Shown here in pieces: positions 54,646 to 64,000 of a stretch of DNA of 64,000 bases. Position 1 is the stretch's first letter; the number at the start of each line of letters is the position of its first letter. The notes beneath the pieces are model-generated. The model was given only the letters and a program-made list of their open reading frames with translations, searched no databases and was not told the DNA's origin. The DNA comes from Ascoidea asiatica JCM 7603 (lineage: Eukaryota > Fungi > Ascomycota): contig BCKQ01000004.1 in the NCBI GenBank assembly GCA_001600695.1, positions 947,513 through 1,011,512 on the forward strand, in the 5' to 3' direction. A program made the position numbers and the translations under genes.

Positions 54646-55791
54646 ATGAGAATAGTGAGAACCATGTCAACAAAAATAATGAAAGAAATAAACTTAGGAA
54701 AAACTGCAGATATGCATGTTCATCTAAGAGATGGAGAAATGATGAAATTAATTACTCCAACTATTAAACAAGGTGGAATATCAATAGCTTATATTATGCC
54801 AAATTTAGTACCTCCAATAACAACAATTGAAAAAGTAATTGAATATAAAAAAAATTTAGAACAAATTTCTCCAGAAACAACATTTTTAATGACTTTTTAT
54901 TTATCAAAAGATTTAACTCCAGAATTAATTCAAAAAGCTGCAGATTTAAAAGTAATTAAAGGTATAAAATGTTATCCAGCTGGTGTAACTACAAATTCAA
55001 GTAAAGGTGTTGATCCAAATGATTTTACTGCTTTCTATCCAATTTTTAAAGTTATGGAAAAAAATAATTTAATTTTAAACTTACATGGTGAAAAACCTTC
55101 AATTGAAAGTGAATTTAATAATAATAATAATGAAAATGAAAATGAAAATAATGATGATGAAATTCATGTATTGAATGCAGAACCTAAATTTTTACCAGCT
55201 TTATTCAAATTACATAAAGATTTTCCAAATTTAAAAATTGTTTTAGAACATTGTACAACAAAAGCTGCAATTGATGCAATTTTAAAAATTAATAGTGATA
55301 ATATTGCAGGTTCAATAACTGCTCATCATTTATATCTTACAATTGATAATTGGGCAGGAAATCCAATAAATTTTTGTAAACCAGTTGCAAAATTACCAAT
55401 TGATAAAAGATCTTTAATTAAAGCTGCAATTTCTGGTAATTCTCATTTTTTTTTCGGTTCTGATTCTGCTCCACATCCAATTTCAAATAAATCAAAACTT
55501 ATGAATGTTTGTGCTGGAGTTTATACTCAATCTCATTCAATTAGTTATTTAGCAGAAATTTTTGATAAACAAAATTCTTTAGATAAATTAAAAGGTTTTG
55601 TTTCTGATTTTGGTAAAAAATTTTATAATATTAATGATAATGATATTATTTCAAAAAAAAATGTTATTTTATATAAACAAGAAACTAAAATTCCAGAATT
55701 GATTAAAAATGATTTAATTGGTAATAAAGATTTAGTTGTAGCTCCATTTAAAGCAGGTGAAACATTAAATTGGTCTGTTAAATGGGAATAA
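54646..55791 (+). CDS. URA4: Dihydroorotase
   Basis: DMHVHLRDG, MPNLVPP, KCYPAGVTTNS, LHGE, LEHCTT, FCKPVAK and FFGSDSAPHP. Confidence 0.97.
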   Translation: MRIVRTMSTKIMKEINLGKTADMHVHLRDGEMMKLITPTIKQGGISIAYIMPNLVPPITTIEKVIEYKKNLEQISPETTFLMTFYLSKDLTPELIQKAADLKVIKGIKCYPAGVTTNSSKGVDPNDFTAFYPIFKVMEKNNLILNLHGEKPSIESEFNNNNNENENENNDDEIHVLNAEPKFLPALFKLHKDFPNLKIVLEHCTTKAAIDAILKINSDNIAGSITAHHLYLTIDNWAGNPINFCKPVAKLPIDKRSLIKAAISGNSHFFFGSDSAPHPISNKSKLMNVCAGVYTQSHSISYLAEIFDKQNSLDKLKGFVSDFGKKFYNINDNDIISKKNVILYKQETKIPELIKNDLIGNKDLVVAPFKAGETLNWSVKWE

Positions 55792-56698
55792 GTTAAAATT
55801 AATAAATTTATTTGTTTATTCAAGTATTCAAAAGTTATATAAATTCAAACGAAAGACAAAACCGAAAGTAGAAATCTAACACTTTTTTTTTTATATATTC
55901 AGCCGGATATCATTTATATAGTTTTTAAATATCTTATAGATCTTATTTACATGCTTTTAGTTTTTTTTTATTTTTATTTTTTTCAAAAATTCAAATTTCA
56001 TATTCAAACTTATATTCTTTTAGCTTCTTATTTTTCACATTTTTTAGATAATTTAATTAAATATATTCCTAATATTCATTTACCATATGCCAACACCCCG
56101 AAAAGAATCAAAAAATATTTGAGAAATTATTAATGAAAATAGAAGGATTTATTAGTAAAGTTCAAATGAGAAGAAAAAAAATTAATTAACTTTAACTAGA
56201 ATATATTAAATTACAAAATAAGAATAAAATAATATAAGAACATAGGAATATAATAATATAATAATATAGTAATATAATGATAATAATATAAGAATATAAG
56301 CATATAAGAAAATAAGCAAAAAAAAAGTAAACAACATTGAAAAAAATGAAATTATATATAAGTAAATAAAAAAGTAAAAATAATAATGCAAGTGAAATTA
56401 TTATTAAATTGTACAATCATTTAATCATTTAATCATTTAGTCATTTAATCATTTAAAGATAAGAATAATAAAAACATAAGCATACATGAAACAAAAATAT
56501 AAAAGTTAATATAATGAGAAATAAAAGAAAGGTAACTATTTTAAGTTAAGTTAATTATAGTAGAGAAAAAAAAATGAAAATTAAAAACATTTTAAGCTGA
56601 ATAACTGAATATATTGTAACACAGGTCAAAATAAAAATTAAAAGTAATAGACCAAAGATTAACTTATGTAATTAAATGAATTGATTAAATATAAAGTT

Positions 56699-58858
56699 TT
56701 AGTTAAAGTTATTTGAGTTAACCATATTTGTAGTTTCTAGAACATCGTTCATATTATTTAAATTAAAATCAAGGTTTGAGAAAGGCCCTAAAAAGGGATT
56801 AGGATTATTATTATTATTTAAGTTATTATTACCATCGACATCATTAATATCATTATTGTTCTTATTATCATTATTGATAGTATTGTCAGTATTATTATTT
56901 AATTGACCTTTTTCTTTAACAGGGATATTATCAGGAATATATAAATTTGGAGAATTCAATTCAGGTGAAGAATCATTACTATTTAATAATAAATTACCTA
57001 AATTAAGTCTTATATTAGTTGTAGGATTATTAAAGTTATTATTAAAATTATTACTGATATTAGTATTTGAAGAAGATGAAAGTTTTTTCAAAGCAGAAGA
57101 AATACTAGAACTATGATTATGAGAGAAATGATTATTGTTAGAATGAGAATGAGAATGAGAGTGATTATGATTATTATGATTATTGTGATTGTTGTGACTG
57201 AAATTATGAGATTTTTTAGTTATATGACCATTTGATAAAGTTCTAATTAATTTTGGACCACTTGAATTATTATTTAAAAATAAGGAATTATTATTTAAAT
57301 TTAAAGAAGATGGAGAAGAAGATAAAATTGGATAAGCTAAAGAATTTGTTGGAGAATTTATTTGATCAAAAGAAGAATTTAAAGGAGATAAAACTTTATT
57401 TAAAGAAATATTTGATTGAGGAATTGTATTTATACTTGAAATACTATTAGCTTTTTTCATTTCATTAATATTGGTGGAGGTAGAGTTATTATTGTTATTA
57501 TTATTGTTATTATTTTCAGATAATAATTGAAAATCATTTATAAATGGATTATTAAAACCATTTTCAATATCAGATAAAGAGAAATTACCATTTAAAGCTG
57601 CAGAAACTAATTCTGCACCAGTTGTATAAGGACCTTTAATATTAAATTCATTATCATTTATATAGTTATTGTTATTGTTATTGTTATTAATATTATTATT
57701 CAAGAACTCATTATTGTTTATATTATTTATATTATTTATATTATTCATATTATTCATATTATTCATATTATTAATGGGGTCTAAATTATTAAAGAAATTA
57801 TTTGCGGATAAAGTATTAGTAAAATCTACTAAGTTCATATTATTCAAGTTGTTTAATTTGTTTAAATTATTAATGTTATTTAGGTTATTATTATTATTAT
57901 TATTATTATTATATTGATTGATGATATTATTATCTTGATTAATTTGATTATTTATTGGTATATTTGGTATATTTGAAATATTTTGTAAATTTGAGATATT
58001 TGAAATATTTGAAATATTTGAAGAATTAGTTGAAGTTGAAGATTCTGGAGAAACAGTTGAAATTGGAATATTATTAAAATTTGTTGATTCAGATTTAATT
58101 ATATCATTATTATTATTATTAGAAATATTACCATTTTCAGAAATTTTTTGTAAATGATTTGAGAATAAATTTGAAGAATTTTTAATTGAATTTATATCAT
58201 TATTTATAAAATTAGTTGCAATTTTTATACCATTATCCCATTCAATTGGTAAATCTTTTAATAAATTTTTTTCATTAATAAGATATTGAATAATATTATT
58301 TATTGAATTTTTATTTTTTTTAAAAAAAATTAAATCATTATTTAAATCATTATTTATAATATTATTATTATTATTATTATTACTATTGGTAATTGTATTT
58401 GAAGTTGATAATTTTGAAATAAAATTAATTAAATTTGATAAAGATTTAGTTAAAAGATCTAATCTTGTTTCTAATAATTCTACATAACCTTGAGGATAAT
58501 TTTTATCTTTTGATCTTTTTTTTTGAGTAAAAGTACAAATTTTATTATCAATTTTACATTTATTACAAGGTTTTTTACCATCACATTTTGTTTTTTTAAT
58601 TCTACATGAATCACAAGCTTTTCCAACTCTTTTCTTTTTTATATTTAAATTTAATATATTATTATTTTCTTTCATTTCTTTATTGTCTTTATTGTCTTTA
58701 TTGTCTTTATTGTCTTGGATGTCATTGGTATCTTGAATATTTTTTATATCATTAATATTTTTATCATCATTTTCATCTTTTATAATTATATTATCTTTAT
58801 CTTTAATATTCTGATTCTGGATATCATTATTATTATTATCTTGTATATTATCAATCAT
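56699..58858 (-). CDS. FCR1: Zn(II)2Cys6 transcription factor, Fcr1-like, with Asn-rich remainder
   Basis: RVGKACDSCRIKKTKCDGKKPCNKC...C...GYVELLETRLDLL, closely resembling Candida Fcr1 as I recall it. Confidence 0.8.
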   Translation of the reverse strand: MIDNIQDNNNNDIQNQNIKDKDNIIIKDENDDKNINDIKNIQDTNDIQDNKDNKDNKDNKEMKENNNILNLNIKKKRVGKACDSCRIKKTKCDGKKPCNKCKIDNKICTFTQKKRSKDKNYPQGYVELLETRLDLLTKSLSNLINFISKLSTSNTITNSNNNNNNNIINNDLNNDLIFFKKNKNSINNIIQYLINEKNLLKDLPIEWDNGIKIATNFINNDINSIKNSSNLFSNHLQKISENGNISNNNNNDIIKSESTNFNNIPISTVSPESSTSTNSSNISNISNISNLQNISNIPNIPINNQINQDNNIINQYNNNNNNNNNLNNINNLNKLNNLNNMNLVDFTNTLSANNFFNNLDPINNMNNMNNMNNINNINNINNNEFLNNNINNNNNNNNYINDNEFNIKGPYTTGAELVSAALNGNFSLSDIENGFNNPFINDFQLLSENNNNNNNNNNSTSTNINEMKKANSISSINTIPQSNISLNKVLSPLNSSFDQINSPTNSLAYPILSSSPSSLNLNNNSLFLNNNSSGPKLIRTLSNGHITKKSHNFSHNNHNNHNNHNHSHSHSHSNNNHFSHNHSSSISSALKKLSSSSNTNISNNFNNNFNNPTTNIRLNLGNLLLNSNDSSPELNSPNLYIPDNIPVKEKGQLNNNTDNTINNDNKNNNDINDVDGNNNLNNNNNPNPFLGPFSNLDFNLNNMNDVLETTNMVNSNNFN

Positions 58859-61800
58859 TTTATTATTGTATTATAATAGAATATATTATTATATTAGAGG
58901 GAGATATTTAAATGAGAGTGAAAAATAGCGCTTCGGATCGGATAAAAGTATCGGGAATTAAAATATATTAAGAATAAGGAATATATTATATTATATATAT
59001 TATATATATTTGATATGAATTAGAGTAAAGATGATGATGGATTAAATGAAATGAAGGATAATTATAAATATTTATATAATCCTAAAAATTGGATAAATTT
59101 ATAATACTTGAGAGTTATTGAAGATATTTATATTTATATTTATATTTATATAATATTAATTGACGCGGTTTAATAATCTTTAATCAATAATGAATAACTT
59201 TGAATAACTTTGAATAATATTGAATAATAATGAATAAATGAGAAATAAAGGAAAATGGAATATGTGAAATAAGTAAAAAAAGTAAAATAAGTTAAAAAGA
59301 GAAATGAAATAATTTAGATATTTAGAGATATTGAAGTATTTTATATAATTTGTAATCTTTTTAGTAATCAGTGAATAATTAGAGTATATAGGAAAAAGTA
59401 ATATTAGTATTACTATTACTATTAGTATTAGTAAGATTTTAGCGGATATAAATGAATAAGGTTATTACAATATTATAAGATTGTTTATATACTTTTTGTA
59501 ATAGCAATAAATTAATAATATTTAGCTATTAAGTATTAAGAGATTGAAAGAGATTGAAATTCATTTATTGATAAATGAATGGAAATATCAAAGGAATAAA
59601 GTACAGTTTATATATTATATTATACTGGTTAATTGAATGTAGTTGAAGTATTTCAATATTTCATTAAATTTCAATTGTCAAAGTATGAAAGTATGAAAGT
59701 GATTAATTTAAAGTAATCGTAACAAAAGCAGTAATTGGTTTATTAAGCTTAAGTTTAAACATAAGTTTATGAAGCAAATAAATAGTTTATAACAAGTTTA
59801 TTCCACTACGAAAGCATTCTCTTTTTCTCTTTCTTTTCTTTTCTTTTCTTTTCTCTCTCTTTTCTGTTTCTGGTTCTGTTTCTGTTTCGATCATTTTTTA
59901 TTTGTTAAGTTACTTATTTGTAGCCTTCTTTATTTCTTTGTATTTCTTCTTCTTCTTCTTCTTGTTCTTGTTCTTGTTCTTGTCTGCGGTGATAAATGAG
60001 ATAGATCTATTCAGTACAGTCTTGAATGGTGAGTGTTGTAAAGAGCACAAAGACAGAGAAATGTGGCGTGTAAGCGTATATTGAAGCAGTGGGCCTCTTG
60101 AGGAACCTTTGGAACCAGAACGTGTGACTTACTCTTTCCTAAATCTCGCCGCGAGGAGCACGTCTTCAACCCGCAGGAACTAGTTACTCTATTGCGGTGG
60201 TCGGAATCGGTTTTTTTCATTTTCATTTTCCTTTTCATTTTCCATTTTCATTTTTTCAATTTTTCATTTTATTTTCGTTGCTTTCACAAACTTCATCGGT
60301 TCTTCGACGGTTCTGTTCTTTTCCGTGGAGTGCATTGCTGCTTTCAGGGCGGTCCCCAGGATGCCCTTCTGAACCACGGAGCTATTTAGCACTTCCCGCT
60401 CGTGGGGTCTGCATGCAAACGCAGACCAGTTACGTAAGCACAGCGTCGAGCGCATTTTTTTTTCGGGAAAAGGTGTCTATTTTATACTTCCGGCACCACC
60501 TTCACCCTACAACACTCTCTATGTTTTAGTAACCGCTTGAGACAATTATACTCCATTTGTTTTATCTCCGCACCGCACCATTGCCAGACTTACTTTTTTA
60601 GGAGTTTATCTAAATAGATAAATAGAAATTTCTCTTAAATGTTGAACATTTTTAAAATTTTGTAAAACAGTTTTAAATTTATAAAATATTCTTTTAAAAG
60701 ATATTGGTTAAATTTCTGGTCCCTTGTCTTGGCACATCTGTACTTCATTTGGGTTTTTTGTCTTTTGTCTTTTGGTCAGCTGGCCCATGTCGGATCACGG
60801 AAGACGGCCTTCCCAGTGATTGTAGTTCGAACGAAAAAAAAATATCTAATTATTACTAAGAAGATATCTAAATCAAATTATAAACAATTGTTAATTAAAA
60901 TATAAAATATATAAAAATTATATAAAAAATATGGGAAGTAAGTGCCCTATTAATAATAGTGGAAACTAGGAGCGGGTAACCCATCTTAAGAATAAATTTG
61001 TAAATTTAGTATGTGCAAGTTCACTTCCCATACTTAAGAAAAGAAATAAAATTAAGTATTGTTCTACAAGACACTACGTCATTCTAGGAAGAAACACGAA
61101 GATTCCAGTACATTCGAGATGTACACAGAACTTGGAAGAAAGAATAAAAGGATTAACAATCACCAGGGAAATCTTTTGCACTCCCCACCACAAGTTGTTC
61201 CGCTATTCTTATTTTACGTTACTAATTTTACGTTGGTAATTTTACGGTGCTTCAGCTGTAGAGCATAGCAGAGCATACATTTTTCCACCGCTATTCACTC
61301 CCAACCGTTCAATTTAATTCTTTGTCAACGGTGCCTTCCGCATCGGACCTTCTTTCGGATCCAGCTTCAATATTTTTTTTTATTTCTATTATCTCCGCCC
61401 GCTGGTTGAAAGCGGTCCGCTCTTTTTGACCGCCTTTGACCACCTTTGATCTTGAGGTGTGACTCGAGATCCAAGAAACTGGCTTTGCTTTTTTCCTCTT
61501 ACTGACCACATCAAGCAAACGAATCCAACACATGACTGAAAACTATTCAAAAAAATTAACGTTACTTGCTTATCTTTCTTTCAATAACTGAAAATAAATT
61601 AAAATAAATTAAAATAAAATAAAAGAACTCAAATGAGCATATTCGAATAATTATCAAAATAAAGTCATTAAATTAGTTCAAAAATTACATTTAAAACTAA
61701 AGTAAGACAAGTAAAACATAAACGTAAACAAAAAATAACTCTTAAATTATTAATTTCAAGTCATGGATATAATCATGGATAATGTAAGTGTTTCTGATCA

Positions 61801-62395
61801 AGATAATTTATAGAAAAATAAAATAATCTCAACCTAATGATCTAAAACAATTTAAAAATTTATTCTAATTGGGTCTCTAGTGACATTATTATGAATAACT
61901 TTAAATAAAATCAGCTTTAACCCATTATAAAATGATTAGTATCTTGTAAGATGAAGAAAAAAAAAGGAAAAGAATTTAAAAAAAAAAAATAAAAAAAATA
62001 ATTTAATTTCATCTCTCTTTTATATTGATCTAATTCTTTCATCTTTCATCTCAGGGTAACTTCTTCTTTATATTTTTATTTAGGTAAACTTACCTTGTAA
62101 AGCAACAAATTAAAACAGGAATTGAAACCACGTTTATGGTTCTTGTTTTATGATTACGTAATTTATTACTTTCAATTAATATTGTTATTATTGATATTAT
62201 TGATATTATTGATATTATTGACATATTTGAAATATAATTAATTTATTTTATTTCATTAAACAACTATAATTATTAACATATTATTATCTTAAACATAATA
62301 CAAATAATGTAATATATATAAACATACTCATATCATAATCATAATCATAATCATAATCATAATCATACATATCATACTCATACAAATAATATATA

Positions 62396-63745
62396 ATGAA
62401 CTTATCTTTATTAGATCCATTTGCAGTTGCAAAAGAATATCCAGAAAATTTAACATCAACATTACAATTTGGTAATTCAATTTTTTTAAAATTTAATTAT
62501 AATGGAAATTATTTAGCTTCTGGTTTAAATGATGGTCAAATAATTATATTTGATTTAGATACTTTAAAACCAATTTTAAATTTAAAAAAACATACTAAAT
62601 TAATTCAATCAATTAATTGGTCTAAAAATAATAATTTTATTTTATCTTCTTCAATTGATAATAATTTAATACTTTGGAATTTAAATTTAAATTCAATTTT
62701 AAGATCTATAATTATAGATTCTTTCATTTGGGAATCTCAATTAAGTTCAATAAATCATTTTCATTTAATTGTTTCTAGTTTTGAAAATGATCCTTTATTT
62801 ATAGATATTTCAAATAATTTAAATTTTAAAAAAATTAAATTTAATACTTTACCTTTATTATCTAATAATAATAATAATTCAAGTAGTATATCTAATGAAA
62901 ATAATAAACATTATACAATTGCTTTAACTTTTGCTTTTGATTCAAATATTATATTCTCTGGTACTTCAAAAGGTTATTTAAATGTATTTCATATAATATA
63001 TGATAATAATAATAAAAATCAAGTAAAAGAAATTAAACAAATATTTTCTCAAAAAATTACAAATTCAAATATTAAAAAAATTATAATTTCTTCAAATAAT
63101 CAAAAATTATTTATAAATTCTTCTGATAGAATTTTAAGACAAATTAATTTAAATTATAAAAATAATTTAAAATTTTTTTTAAATGATTTAAATTTAATAA
63201 ATTTTAAATTTATTATCATTCATAAATTTCAAGATATGGTAAATAAATTACAATGGAATTCAATTTCAATAAATTTTAATGGTGATTATTTAATTGCAAC
63301 AACTCTTGGTTCAAATCATCATATATTCTTATGGGAAACTTTTAATGGTTCATTAATTAAAATCCTTGAAGGTCCAAAAGAAGAATTAAATATTGTTGAT
63401 TTTAATTCTCTTAAAAATTTAGTTATTGCAAATGGTACAGATTCTGGTGTAATTTATATTTGGTCAATTTTAATACCACAAAAATGGTCATCATTAGCAC
63501 CAGATTTTATAGAAATTGATGAAAATATAATTTATGATGAAAAAGAAAATGAATTTGATATAATTCCAAATGAAGAATTTCTTTTAAAAAGAGAAAATGA
63601 TGAAGATGAATTTATTGATATTATTAATAAAGAAATTTATAATCCAAGAGGTTTCAAAAATGATACATATAATTCTTCATTTATAATTCCAATAAATTAT
63701 GAAAAATCAATTAATCCTCCAAACTTTGATGATGATGATTCATAA
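62396..63745 (+). CDS. SWD1: COMPASS WD40 subunit
   Basis: MNLSLLDPFAVAKEYPE, WD40 repeats, HKFQDMVNKLQW, LIKILEGPKEEL and WSSLAPDFIEIDENIIYDEKENEFD. Confidence 0.96.
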   Translation: MNLSLLDPFAVAKEYPENLTSTLQFGNSIFLKFNYNGNYLASGLNDGQIIIFDLDTLKPILNLKKHTKLIQSINWSKNNNFILSSSIDNNLILWNLNLNSILRSIIIDSFIWESQLSSINHFHLIVSSFENDPLFIDISNNLNFKKIKFNTLPLLSNNNNNSSSISNENNKHYTIALTFAFDSNIIFSGTSKGYLNVFHIIYDNNNKNQVKEIKQIFSQKITNSNIKKIIISSNNQKLFINSSDRILRQINLNYKNNLKFFLNDLNLINFKFIIIHKFQDMVNKLQWNSISINFNGDYLIATTLGSNHHIFLWETFNGSLIKILEGPKEELNIVDFNSLKNLVIANGTDSGVIYIWSILIPQKWSSLAPDFIEIDENIIYDEKENEFDIIPNEEFLLKRENDEDEFIDIINKEIYNPRGFKNDTYNSSFIIPINYEKSINPPNFDDDDS

Positions 63746-63940
63746 TTGTATTCTTCATTCTTTCATTCTTTCATTCTGCAATTCACTCACCATTTACTCA
63801 AACCATTTACTCAAATCATTTACTCAAACCATTTACTTTGTATAATATAATCTAATATAATAATATAACATAAATATAACTTAAATATAATATAATACTT
63901 TAATAATCAATCAATAAATAAACAAATACTGCAAAGTGGC

Positions 63941-63955
63941 CACGTGTCCGGGTAA
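63941..63955. promoter_or_regulatory. E-box plus Reb1-type site, probably the promoter of a gene beyond the window
   Basis: CACGTG at 63941-63946 and CCGGGTAA at 63948-63955. Confidence 0.55.
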
Positions 63956-64000
63956 CAGAACTGGCCTTATCTTAAGCCTTTGGCGGTTCTGTTTTTATTC

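Noticed and set aside
56699-58400. Asn-rich region of the FCR1-like protein as a special prion domain
   Set aside because: Poly-Asn tracts occur in many proteins of this AT-rich genome and this one has no distinguishing pattern.

Overview
Very AT-rich, gene-dense budding-yeast (Saccharomycotina) nuclear DNA with Asn-rich proteins, few introns and short GC-richer promoter islands. I see about 23 protein-coding genes and no tRNA, rRNA, CRISPR array or transposon. Recognisable housekeeping genes are CDC5, FAD1, ATG17, TOP3, SSL2, DOP1, MRX11, TRM8, URA4, SWD1, an FCR1-like Zn2Cys6 factor, an MCT-type transporter, and tandem pairs of DHA1 MFS transporters and Lag1/Lac1 ceramide synthases. The most unusual items are: (1) a 1468-aa protein with three tandem APSES/KilA-N DNA-binding domains and no ankyrin repeats, divergent from CDC5, with an ACGC-dense nested inverted repeat in its promoter; (2) a UPF1-like protein with an intact CH zinc domain, degenerate ATPase motifs and an Asn-rich prion-like N-terminus; (3) a three-exon promethin/Ldo45-like gene missed by the ORF track, with a possible Ldo16-like short form, plus two more promethin-like genes; (4) a TFB6-like gene head-to-head with its partner SSL2; (5) a UTP9-like gene reduced to its C-terminal domain. 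All family assignments come from motif recognition by eye; no database searches were run.
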